Both the position numbers and the translations under genes were made by a program. Positions 39,888 through 49,460 of a DNA stretch of 64,000 nt are shown here, one piece after another. Positions within the stretch are counted from its first letter, which is position 1. Every line of letters begins with the position of its first letter. The DNA comes from a virus: IMG/VR virus record IMGVR_UViG_3300045988_147571; one strand, 5' to 3'. The notes under the pieces are model-generated. The model saw only the letters and a program-made list of their open reading frames with translations, made no database searches and was not told the origin of the DNA.

Positions 39888-42800
39888 ATGTCGTTTAAAG
39901 ATGCTAAGAAACTTGCTGCAGCTAACTCAGCAAACACGACTTTGATGACCGCTGAGTTGGCCGCAGTCACCATTGATGATGATTATACGTTATGTACTGA
40001 TGGACGCTATGAAGTATATAACAAATATAGCGATGATAATTTTTCATCAGTGGACAATTTAAAAAATATAACCGTTGACTCTTCACAGATCAATATCATG
40101 CAGGAAGAAAACAGTCAGTATATGCCATTCAGAATTCCAAGATACTGGGATGGAATGGATCTTATGGATATGTTGATTCAGGTAAGATATCAGTCTGTGG
40201 CTCAGAGCAAAGGTCAGATTGCAAATGTGATCAATGTTGCATCAAGTTCTACTCATATTACTTTTGGATGGCTAATTGATGCAAATGTTACTGCTTCTGC
40301 AGGTGATATTATATTTGAAATCACAGCAACTGGCTTAAATGAAAAAGGAAAAAACTATATTTGGAGAACCAGACCAAATGGTAAGTTTACTGTTCTGGAA
40401 GGTCTGAATTATGATGGCATCATTGAACCATCTGATGATTGGTATACAAGCTTTGTCAATATGGTCTTAGGACATGTAGCCGAAGCAAAACAGTATGCAG
40501 ATGAAGCCAAAGCTTCTGCCGCTTCTATTAATGTAGATGATATTAAGGCAGATGTAACTTCTTCTGTTACAAAAAATCTAAATCAGACCGTAGCTGAGTC
40601 TCTGAAAGATTATTATACAAAAACAGAAATTGATCAGACTGTAAATGAATTAAATACTGCTATCTCCAGTATTGACAGTCTGAAAAACTTAAAAGTTGAA
40701 TATGATAATACAACTGGACATCTCGTATTTAAAGATAAAGAGGAACAGATTGGCGAAATTACAATCAACAGTCTTTCCAATCTTGTCGTTGAATATTCTG
40801 TAGTCAATGGCAAAGGTTCACTCGTGTTTAAGAATGGAGAAACAGAGATCCAGACTGTAGAACTTAGTTCTATTGAACCGTCTGCCGCATGGACTTCTGC
40901 TCTTAAAGAGGACATTTCTAAGAGTACAGATGAAAAGCTCTCTCCTGTTGTAGATCGTGTGTCTGCTCTTGAGACTGCAAAAGATGATCTGGCAGGCAAA
41001 GTTGAAACAAATACAACTGATATTTCAGGTCTGAAAACAGATGTAGCTGGATTAAAAGAATCTAACGAAACAATTTCTGCTACTACTACAGAAACCAAAA
41101 ATACGGTAGATATTCTGAAGCAGAATGTTTCTGGTTATGATTCTCAGTTTGAATCCATCAATAGTGACATTACTGCGATCAATGAATCTATTAAGGATTT
41201 AGGTAAAAATACAGGTCATGAGTATGACGTTTCTTATGAAGAAAATGTTTTTACTCTGTATGAAGATGATGTAATTAAGAAACAGTTTACAATCACTGGT
41301 GGCTCTGGACCATCTGACACTACTACGGTCACAATCGAGAGAATTACAAGTTCTGATGCGATCTTCTTAGCAGGAAACTCTGCAGTGATCGAATATAACT
41401 TTACCTCTGTAGATAATACAGGAGATACAACCGGTAATGGTACTGCTACATGGCGTGTCGGAAGTACAACAGTTGCTACTACTGTAGCTGCTCAGGGTAA
41501 GAATAGTTTTGATATTACACAATATCTGAAAAATGGTGCAAACTCTATTAGACTTTCTATCACTGATAGTTTTGGTACAATCGCTACTAAGACTTGGACC
41601 ATTACAATTGTTGACTTTAAAATTGAGAGTATTTTTGATGATACACTCTTCTATTCAGACGAGGTAACATTTAGATATACTCCATATGGTGATATTAATA
41701 AGACTGTACATTTTGTTCTTGATGAAAAAGAAATTGCAGGAGTTGAAACAACTGCTTCTGGTAGACAGATGACTTATACTTTGGCAAAACAGAGTCATGG
41801 TGCTCACCTTCTGAAAGTGTATATGACTGCAAGTATCAATAATCAGGACGTAACTTCTGAGTCAGTATATAAAGATATTATCTGGGTTGAACAAGGAAAT
41901 ACTACTCCTATTATTGGATGTTCTATGGTTGAATTTACTGCAAAACAGTACAATACAACAAGCATCAAATATGTTGTATATGATCCAGAACATAATCCTG
42001 CTACTGTAAAACTCTTTGTTGATGGCAAAGTTGCTTCTACTCTTACTGTTGGAAGAACTGCTCAGATCTGGAGCTACAAGTCTACCGAAATAGGCAAACA
42101 GTCTCTTACTATCAGTTGCCGTAGAATCACAAAGATTCTTACTGCTACTATTGAGAAACTGGATATCAATGTATCTCCGGTAACTACAAACCTTGCATTT
42201 GACTTTAATCCATCTGGTAAAAACAATGGTGAAGCTGACTGGCTGAAGATCAATGATAATCTTACAATTGAAGTGTCAGATAACTTTGATACAACAAATG
42301 GTGGTTATCAGGTCGATGAAGATGGAGATACTTATTTCTGCGTAAAAGCAGGAACTGCTGCTACTATCCCATATCAGTTATTTGCTGATGATGCAAAGAA
42401 AACTGGCAAGAACTTTAAATTCATTTATAAATGTACAAATGTAAAGAACTATGAAGCTCAAGTACTCTCCTGTTTTGCAGATAATCTTGGTTATACTGTA
42501 AAAGCTCAGGAAGCAACACTGAAATCTGAACAGAACGAAATCTCTGTCCCATATTGTGAAGATTACTATATGGAGCTGGAATTTAATATTCTGCCGGACA
42601 GTGAATATACAGAAATGGTTATGTGGGTTGATGGCATTCCTACAAGAGTAAAACTGTATGCCACTTCTGATAGTTTCACGCAGACAAATCCTGTAGGTAT
42701 TACAATCGGTTCTGATGACTGCGACGTTATTGTATACAGAATAAAAGCTTATACAATGAACCTCACTGATGATGAGATTCTGGATAACTTCATTGCTGAT

Positions 42801-45800
42801 GCAAAAAATGCAAATGAAATTATCAACCGATACAACCGCAATGATATTCTTGATTCTTCTGGTGGACTTGATCCTGATGTACTGGCCGAAAAATGTCCAG
42901 ACTTGAGAATCATTAAACTGGAAGTACCAGTATTTACAACTGGTAAGAAAAATAAAGTACCATTTACATCTGTACAGCAGATCTATAAGAATGGTCGTCC
43001 TGTTGATAACTGGATCTCTCGTGATGGTATTCATAATGGACAGGGAACCTCTTCTGAATATTATGGTGATTCTGGTCGAAATCTGGAACTTAACTGTAAG
43101 AATGGATTTACATTCGCAAATGATACAACTGCCGATGTTTATTCTATGGATGAAAATGCTATTGGAATCAACTATTTCAATGTCAAAGTAAATATTGCTT
43201 CTTCTGAGAATATCAATAATGCAGGTCTTCAAGGAGAATATCAGGAATTCAACCCATATATCCGTCCTGCTAGAAAGAAAGATCCTCGTGTACGTGATAC
43301 TATGCAGTTCTATCCTTGTGTTGTATTCTTAAAAGAAACAGATGTAGATAATGCTGTAGAGTTCAAAGACGGTCAGTGGCACTTCTATGCTGCAGGTGAT
43401 ATTGGTAACAGTAAGAAGAATACAGTTGCACAGGGAATGGATCCAGAGAATCACAAAGAATTCATTGTTGAAGTGTCAAATAATACTGATCCTCAGTGCC
43501 GTTTCTTATCTGATGACTTATCAAATGAAGAATGGGGTGGAGATACTTCATTCGAAATGAGATATCAGAATCCAAATTGTACAAAAGAAGAAATTCAGGC
43601 TGGCAGACAGGCTTGGAACGATCTTTTGACTTGGGTTGTAAATGCTGATTCTGAAACATTTGTAAAAGAGTTTGAACAGCACTTTATTAAAGACTCATTA
43701 CTCTTCTATTACTTATTTACCGAAAGACATACTATGGTAGATAACAGAGCAAAAAATACTTTCTGGCATACAGAAGATTTGGTTCACTGGGATTTATGTA
43801 TGGATTATGATAACGATACTGCAATGGGTAATGATAATGAAGGTGGATTAACTCTTACTTACGGATATGAAGATACTGATACTATTGGAACAAAATCAGT
43901 CTTTAATGCATCTGATAGTAAAGTGTTCTGTTATATCAGAGATTACATGTTTGATGATCTGCAGAGTATGTTCCTTCAGATGGAGGCCAAACTTACATGG
44001 TCTGCAAACCGTATCTTAAATAAATTCGAAACTCTTCAGAATTATAAACCGGAACGTCTCTGGATCGCTGATATGAGAAGAAAGTATTTCAGACCTTACG
44101 AGGATAAAGGTACGACTTCTTATCTGGAAATGATGAACGGAAGCAAGAAACAGCAGAGACGACAGTTCCAGAAATATCAAGAGAAATATATTGCATCTAA
44201 ATATGTAGGTTCTACTACTACCTCAGATGTAATCACAATCCGTGGTTACACTCCAACAAACTGGACTGGTGTAAAACCGGATGGTACATTCCATATTGTT
44301 CCTTATGCTGATTCTTATGTTGATGTAAGATTTGGTTCTAACCTTGTTCGTCAAAGAGCTAAGAGAGGTCAGACTTATACAGTCAAATCTCCTATTGCTG
44401 CTATGAACGATACAGAGGTCTATGTATATAATGCATCTTTGATGCAATCCATTGGTGATATTGCGCCATTCTATCCGGGATATACAAATTTCAATCAGGG
44501 TGTAAAAATGACAGACATTCTTATTGGTTCTGATGTTGAAGGATATCAGAATACAAATATGAATGATTTCTCAATCGGACAGAATGTTCTTCTGGAACGA
44601 CTGAATCTTGAGAATCTGCCAAACCTGAAAAAGACAATCGACCTTTCTAACTGTAAAAATCTCGAAGAGTTTCTAGCAGAAGGATCTGGTATTACAGGTG
44701 TTATCTTTGCTCCTGGCGGAAAGATTGAAACTGCTCATCTTCCTGCCATCGCATCTCTTACCGGAAAGAACCTGTATAGATTGACCGATCTTACTATAAC
44801 AAGTTATGCAAATCTTACTACTCTGTCTCTTGATAACTGCAATACTTTGGATGCAAAAGACATTATCAATAAAGCTACTGGATTAACCAGAGTTCGTGTA
44901 ACTGGCATCAATTGGGAACTGGACGATACTACTCTGCTTGACAGATTAGCAAAAATGACTGGTATTGATGATAACGGATATAACTCTGTACATTCTGTTC
45001 TTATAGGAACTGTACACATTCCTGTTATGAGACAGCAAAGACTGGATGAATTCGCTGAATTATGGCCAGATTTAGAGATTACCTACGATTCAATTATCAC
45101 TCAGTTCAAAGTAACATTTGTCAACGACGATGAAGAAAATACAGTTCTTGATATCCAGTACGTTGATAAAGGTGCAAATGCAGTTGATCCTATTACAAGA
45201 GAAATTGATCCGATTCCTACTCCTACCAAAGAAAGCACAATCAAACTTGATTATACATTCAAAGGCTGGAATGGATCTCTAACTGGAATCTTCGCTGACA
45301 GAACTATCAAAGCTGTATACAATAGCAAAGTGCGTGAATATACAGTAAAATATGTTTCTAAAGGATTAACTCTACAGGAGTCTACTGGACAGTATGGTTC
45401 TTATATTAAGTATGAAGGTGACACTCCTACTTATACTGCTGAGGAATCTGCTTATAAATATAATCTATTCAAAGGTTGGGACAAATCTGGATTCGTTGAT
45501 GGTGAGAAAACTATCAATGCTGTGTATGAAACCTGCGAATATGTAGATGGATACTTTGACGGAAAAGATCTGTCAAATATGACTCAGGTTGAGCTTTATA
45601 CTCTTATGAAAATGGGACTTGAAACAAAAGCTCTGTCTCTTAAAGATACATTAGATTTTAAGCTTGGTGTTGATTATTCCTATGGAGATATTGAAGAACA
45701 TGAAGTAATCTCTGCTTCTACTAAGTTTGATGGAACAAATTATATTGACACTGGACTGAAAATCATGGAGAAAGATAGAGACTTTACTGTTGCTATTGAC

Positions 45801-46778
45801 TTTGAATTTGATGCAGGAAATAATGTCAATGCTACTCTTGCTCAGTGCTTCCAAAGCGATGGTTCTAATGGATTCAGACTGTGGTATTCTCAAGAACCTA
45901 GATTTTCATGGAATACTGATAGTGTATCTCCTTCTGCTGGAACAAACAGAGAAATCGTAGTATTCCGTCATGAAGCTGGAAGTCAGAAGCTTTATGTGTA
46001 CAATTCAAACATGACTGGGAAAGAAGTATCTTCTACTACTCTGAATGCGATCAGGATTCCAGAGCATAGTTCCACTCTCGTATTTGGATGTTCTAAAGCT
46101 GACGACGGAGCATATGAAAACTTTGCAAAAGGCACTGTACATTGGGCTAAGGTTTGGTATGCGGATCTTGGTGAAGAACAATGTATGGATATTGCTTCTT
46201 GGATTCATGAAATTATTCCAATGGAAGTGGCTAAGTTTAAAGGATATTATCTGTCTGACGTTGCTTCAAAGAGAGCTAACATTACATTTGTTGCTTCTAA
46301 TCTACTTGGTACAGAAAAACCTTATAATAATAAGAGCACAAATGCAGGTGGATGGGCTGATTCTACATTGAATACTTGGCTGAATACCAGACTGCTTAAA
46401 GCGATCTCTCCTTTATGGAAAGCATTGATTAAACCAGTCAAAGTATACTCTTCTATCGGTAATAAATCCAATGACACATCTGTATCTAACTGTAGATTCT
46501 ATATTCCGTCTTTATATGAAGTTGATCCTACATCTGCTTCTGAACCATATATCTCTGAAACAAATGCTCCTATTGTTTATTTCACAGATGATGATACCAG
46601 AAAGAAAGCAAAATCTTCTGCTCCTACGGAGTATAAATCTTACTGGACCAGATCTCCGAATGCTACAGTTGCAAATTGGTTATATACAGTCAATGAAGCC
46701 GGTGGAACATATGGATTCTCTTATCCAGGACAGAATTCTGGAATCTTACTTATGTTCTCAATTTCAAGTGAGGGGTAA
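39888..46778 (+). CDS. giant multidomain baseplate / receptor-binding protein (2296 aa)
   Basis: Segments by eye: coiled-coil stalk; CotH-like segment (FYYLFTERHTMVDNRAKNTFWH..HWDLCMDYDNDTAMG, tentative); leucine-rich repeats (LERLNLENLPNLKKTIDLSNCKNLEEF..); two Listeria-Bacteroides-type repeats (YTFKGWNG.., YNLFKGWDKSG..); LamG-like region; DUF6273-like C-terminus (..GGWADSTLNTWLN..FYIPSLYEV..YWTRSP). Confidence 0.6.
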   Translation: MSFKDAKKLAAANSANTTLMTAELAAVTIDDDYTLCTDGRYEVYNKYSDDNFSSVDNLKNITVDSSQINIMQEENSQYMPFRIPRYWDGMDLMDMLIQVRYQSVAQSKGQIANVINVASSSTHITFGWLIDANVTASAGDIIFEITATGLNEKGKNYIWRTRPNGKFTVLEGLNYDGIIEPSDDWYTSFVNMVLGHVAEAKQYADEAKASAASINVDDIKADVTSSVTKNLNQTVAESLKDYYTKTEIDQTVNELNTAISSIDSLKNLKVEYDNTTGHLVFKDKEEQIGEITINSLSNLVVEYSVVNGKGSLVFKNGETEIQTVELSSIEPSAAWTSALKEDISKSTDEKLSPVVDRVSALETAKDDLAGKVETNTTDISGLKTDVAGLKESNETISATTTETKNTVDILKQNVSGYDSQFESINSDITAINESIKDLGKNTGHEYDVSYEENVFTLYEDDVIKKQFTITGGSGPSDTTTVTIERITSSDAIFLAGNSAVIEYNFTSVDNTGDTTGNGTATWRVGSTTVATTVAAQGKNSFDITQYLKNGANSIRLSITDSFGTIATKTWTITIVDFKIESIFDDTLFYSDEVTFRYTPYGDINKTVHFVLDEKEIAGVETTASGRQMTYTLAKQSHGAHLLKVYMTASINNQDVTSESVYKDIIWVEQGNTTPIIGCSMVEFTAKQYNTTSIKYVVYDPEHNPATVKLFVDGKVASTLTVGRTAQIWSYKSTEIGKQSLTISCRRITKILTATIEKLDINVSPVTTNLAFDFNPSGKNNGEADWLKINDNLTIEVSDNFDTTNGGYQVDEDGDTYFCVKAGTAATIPYQLFADDAKKTGKNFKFIYKCTNVKNYEAQVLSCFADNLGYTVKAQEATLKSEQNEISVPYCEDYYMELEFNILPDSEYTEMVMWVDGIPTRVKLYATSDSFTQTNPVGITIGSDDCDVIVYRIKAYTMNLTDDEILDNFIADAKNANEIINRYNRNDILDSSGGLDPDVLAEKCPDLRIIKLEVPVFTTGKKNKVPFTSVQQIYKNGRPVDNWISRDGIHNGQGTSSEYYGDSGRNLELNCKNGFTFANDTTADVYSMDENAIGINYFNVKVNIASSENINNAGLQGEYQEFNPYIRPARKKDPRVRDTMQFYPCVVFLKETDVDNAVEFKDGQWHFYAAGDIGNSKKNTVAQGMDPENHKEFIVEVSNNTDPQCRFLSDDLSNEEWGGDTSFEMRYQNPNCTKEEIQAGRQAWNDLLTWVVNADSETFVKEFEQHFIKDSLLFYYLFTERHTMVDNRAKNTFWHTEDLVHWDLCMDYDNDTAMGNDNEGGLTLTYGYEDTDTIGTKSVFNASDSKVFCYIRDYMFDDLQSMFLQMEAKLTWSANRILNKFETLQNYKPERLWIADMRRKYFRPYEDKGTTSYLEMMNGSKKQQRRQFQKYQEKYIASKYVGSTTTSDVITIRGYTPTNWTGVKPDGTFHIVPYADSYVDVRFGSNLVRQRAKRGQTYTVKSPIAAMNDTEVYVYNASLMQSIGDIAPFYPGYTNFNQGVKMTDILIGSDVEGYQNTNMNDFSIGQNVLLERLNLENLPNLKKTIDLSNCKNLEEFLAEGSGITGVIFAPGGKIETAHLPAIASLTGKNLYRLTDLTITSYANLTTLSLDNCNTLDAKDIINKATGLTRVRVTGINWELDDTTLLDRLAKMTGIDDNGYNSVHSVLIGTVHIPVMRQQRLDEFAELWPDLEITYDSIITQFKVTFVNDDEENTVLDIQYVDKGANAVDPITREIDPIPTPTKESTIKLDYTFKGWNGSLTGIFADRTIKAVYNSKVREYTVKYVSKGLTLQESTGQYGSYIKYEGDTPTYTAEESAYKYNLFKGWDKSGFVDGEKTINAVYETCEYVDGYFDGKDLSNMTQVELYTLMKMGLETKALSLKDTLDFKLGVDYSYGDIEEHEVISASTKFDGTNYIDTGLKIMEKDRDFTVAIDFEFDAGNNVNATLAQCFQSDGSNGFRLWYSQEPRFSWNTDSVSPSAGTNREIVVFRHEAGSQKLYVYNSNMTGKEVSSTTLNAIRIPEHSSTLVFGCSKADDGAYENFAKGTVHWAKVWYADLGEEQCMDIASWIHEIIPMEVAKFKGYYLSDVASKRANITFVASNLLGTEKPYNNKSTNAGGWADSTLNTWLNTRLLKAISPLWKALIKPVKVYSSIGNKSNDTSVSNCRFYIPSLYEVDPTSASEPYISETNAPIVYFTDDDTRKKAKSSAPTEYKSYWTRSPNATVANWLYTVNEAGGTYGFSYPGQNSGILLMFSISSEG

Positions 46779-46807
46779 CCATTCCCCTCTTCTAAGGAGG
46801 ATATCAC

Positions 46808-47050
46808 ATGTATTATAAAGTAATCAAAAATGATGAAGTTGTAGATGTCCTTGAACATATCCTGTATATCAAATATCAGGAAAAACATAGTCTGTTGCTT
46901 CTATGTGATATCACAGAGGCGCAGGCTATTTTAAGTTCAGACGGAAAATATGGATGGCACATTGAAGGTCTCTATAATTTTCCGCCTGATAATGACATCT
47001 ATACAATAAAAGAAATTTCAAAATATGAATATGACAAATTAAAGAGGTGA
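46808..47050 (+). CDS. hypothetical small protein
   Basis: 80-aa ORF with AAGGAGG RBS. Confidence 0.45.
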   Translation: MYYKVIKNDEVVDVLEHILYIKYQEKHSLLLLCDITEAQAILSSDGKYGWHIEGLYNFPPDNDIYTIKEISKYEYDKLKR

Positions 47051-47057
47051 TCACAGC

Positions 47058-47921
47058 ATGGCGTTAATTCCAACCTGGTATTCTGCATCAACTAAACAAA
47101 TTGCAGAAAAGGCTTTACAAAGAGGGGTGCTGAAGTACCCAGGACTTTGTTACATCCAAGACAGTAAGAGTATAGCGTGGGTGACCATCGACAATACATT
47201 AGAATATGTTAAAGGGGACAAACAGATCACAGATGTAAAATGCATCGGATCAAACCTTATGTTTTTCTCTGGAGATAAACTACTTTTCTCTTACGACATA
47301 TCTATGACTGACGAAGATAAAGGTCATATTGTTGAAGAAGTCAAGAAAACAATTGGATTAGATAATTATGTCAAATCTTCTGAGCTTTCTACTCTTTTAG
47401 ATAATATAATCGGTAATCTTGAAGATAAGTCCACTGTTGTAGACTATATCAACAGCTTATCTTATAACAAATTATCTGATGTACCTATTGTAAATCTTAT
47501 AGGTACACTTACTGTTCCTGTGAAGATATTATCACTTGATGATGGTATTTATAAAGTAAAAGGCCAATGTATCATTGGCGGAAACAATACTACTGTTCAA
47601 TCTTCTGCAGACGACGTTCTGTATCTTGTATCTCATGACGCTGATACTTCCAGCACAACAATCACAAAAATGCAAGGAAAATCAATTACATTGTATTTCA
47701 TTCAGCAAGATGGTGAATATACGACTGATCGTTATGTCACTGAAAGCTGGATTAATGAACAGAATTTTGCAAGTGCTGATTCTGTAAAAGAATACGTTTC
47801 AAATATCATTGAGGAAACCGTTTTAAATGTTTTAGATGATCATATTGATGCTGCTTTAGATCGAAAACTTGGAGGTATTGATTCCGAAGATTTAACAAAT
47901 ATATTTCAAGGAGGAAACTAA
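47058..47921 (+). CDS. hypothetical structural protein
   Basis: 287-aa ORF inside the fibre block. Confidence 0.45.
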   Translation: MALIPTWYSASTKQIAEKALQRGVLKYPGLCYIQDSKSIAWVTIDNTLEYVKGDKQITDVKCIGSNLMFFSGDKLLFSYDISMTDEDKGHIVEEVKKTIGLDNYVKSSELSTLLDNIIGNLEDKSTVVDYINSLSYNKLSDVPIVNLIGTLTVPVKILSLDDGIYKVKGQCIIGGNNTTVQSSADDVLYLVSHDADTSSTTITKMQGKSITLYFIQQDGEYTTDRYVTESWINEQNFASADSVKEYVSNIIEETVLNVLDDHIDAALDRKLGGIDSEDLTNIFQGGN

Positions 47922-47923
47922 TT

Positions 47924-48994
47924 ATGGCAAAATTACAGTTCGCTACACTTTCTAATCTTCAGGAGTTCTTAAATCTGCATAATGTACAGATTGACTCTAA
48001 AATCAGTGAAGCTGTTAAAAGCTCAATTAAAACAGTATCTCAGTCAGAAGACGGATACACACTTTATTTCTACACAAAAACTGCTCCAGTAACTATTGAT
48101 GAAGCAGCATTTACTATTACTATTCCTCAGCCGACAGGAAAAGCTGACAAAGTAAAAGGCGCAGTAAAAGGTCATATTGCAGGTCTTGATGCAAACGGCA
48201 ACCTTACTGATTCTGGTAAGTCAGTTGCTGATTTTGAAGTAGCTGGTGCTGCTGAAAAAGCAAAAACAGAAGTGATGGGATATGTTGGTACTATTCCTGC
48301 TGATGCTAAAGCTAAAAATGTAGTTGCTTATATCAAAGAAGCTGTTACAGCTGGTCAGTATGATGATTCTGAATTAAAAGCAAACGTAGCTGCTAATACA
48401 GCTGCTATTGGAACTCTTAACGGTACTGGCGAAGGCTCTGTAAAGAAAGCTGTTGCTGATGCTGTAGCTTCTATTGTTGCTGATGCACCAGAAGCATACG
48501 ACACACTGAAAGAGATTTCTGACTGGATTTCAAGTCATGCATCTGATGCCGCAACAATGAACAGTCAGATTAAAACAAATAAGACGGATATTGCTAATCT
48601 GAAAACTTTGATTGGTACTCTTCCAGATACAGCTACATCCAAAGATATTGTAAGCTATATCGCTGAATATGTATCTAAAGCTCTTGCTGATTCTGACCTT
48701 TCTCAGTATGCAAAAGCTGCTGATCTTAAAGCTGCTGTAGGAAGAATTGATGCTATTGAAAAGAAATTACCTACATTAGAAGCTGCTGATAAAACAAACG
48801 CCGATAATATCGCAGCTATAACAACAAGAGTAACTACTGCCGAAGGTAAGATTACTGCTCTTGAAAAAGACCTTGCTGCTGAAAAACCGAAGATTGCTAA
48901 GAATACATCTGACATCACCGCTCTTAAGGGGCTTGTTGGAGATGGATATGAAGCAATTCCAAGTGCATCTATCAAAGGTTTATTTACTGCGTAA
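47924..48994 (+). CDS. Ala-rich fibre-like protein
   Basis: 356 aa with a fibre-type motif (KADKVKGAVKGHIAGLDANGNLTDSGKSVADF) and Ala/Lys/Thr-rich coiled segments. Confidence 0.5.
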   Translation: MAKLQFATLSNLQEFLNLHNVQIDSKISEAVKSSIKTVSQSEDGYTLYFYTKTAPVTIDEAAFTITIPQPTGKADKVKGAVKGHIAGLDANGNLTDSGKSVADFEVAGAAEKAKTEVMGYVGTIPADAKAKNVVAYIKEAVTAGQYDDSELKANVAANTAAIGTLNGTGEGSVKKAVADAVASIVADAPEAYDTLKEISDWISSHASDAATMNSQIKTNKTDIANLKTLIGTLPDTATSKDIVSYIAEYVSKALADSDLSQYAKAADLKAAVGRIDAIEKKLPTLEAADKTNADNIAAITTRVTTAEGKITALEKDLAAEKPKIAKNTSDITALKGLVGDGYEAIPSASIKGLFTA

Positions 48995-49002
48995 AAGAAA
49001 AA

Positions 49003-49020
49003 GAGGGCATTTCTGCCCTC
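49003..49020. terminator. bidirectional terminator between convergent genes
   Basis: Stem GAGGGCA/TGCCCTC with a 4-nt loop, flanked by A-runs and T-runs. Confidence 0.55.
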
Positions 49021-49032
49021 TAAAATATTACT

Positions 49033-49371
49033 TTATTTTGCTTCTAACATATATTTAATAAATGAACCTATAGAAGCATTCTTCATATCTTCAATGGATA
49101 ATAACTTATGTCCATCTGATATGAGTTGTCTCATGTAATCAAATACATGAGCATTATGTATAATATTCTGGATTTCATCGAAAGTTATCATATCCATTGT
49201 GTTCATTTCGAAAAGCAATATTTTTGTTCCTTTTCTATTTTTATGTGTATCAATGAATTTTTTAATCGTTTCTTCGTCTGTAGTATTAACTTCATCTACT
49301 ACATAACTTTCAAAGTGATCCAGACGAATACATAATAATTTAATATAGCTTTTTATTTCAAAGTTAGCCAT
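49033..49371 (-). CDS. hypothetical protein, reverse-strand moron
   Basis: 112 aa with a perfect AAGGAGGTG RBS on the minus strand. It is one of only a few minus-strand genes in the window. No TM helix or motif recognised. Confidence 0.6.
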   Translation of the reverse strand: MANFEIKSYIKLLCIRLDHFESYVVDEVNTTDEETIKKFIDTHKNRKGTKILLFEMNTMDMITFDEIQNIIHNAHVFDYMRQLISDGHKLLSIEDMKNASIGSFIKYMLEAK

Positions 49372-49460
49372 AATTCACCTCCTTTCCAATAACATTATAT
49401 ATTAATATTATCGAAATTTCTGCAGGTAAATTATGGAAATAGGAAGGATGTGAATAAAAA

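Noticed and set aside
42378-43232. 284-aa minus-strand ORF inside the giant adhesin gene
   Set aside because: It is antisense to a well-supported 2296-aa ORF, has an Ile/Phe/Arg-rich nonsense-like composition and no RBS. The same reasoning applies to 24490..25041, 40634..41098 and the other short antisense ORFs in the track.
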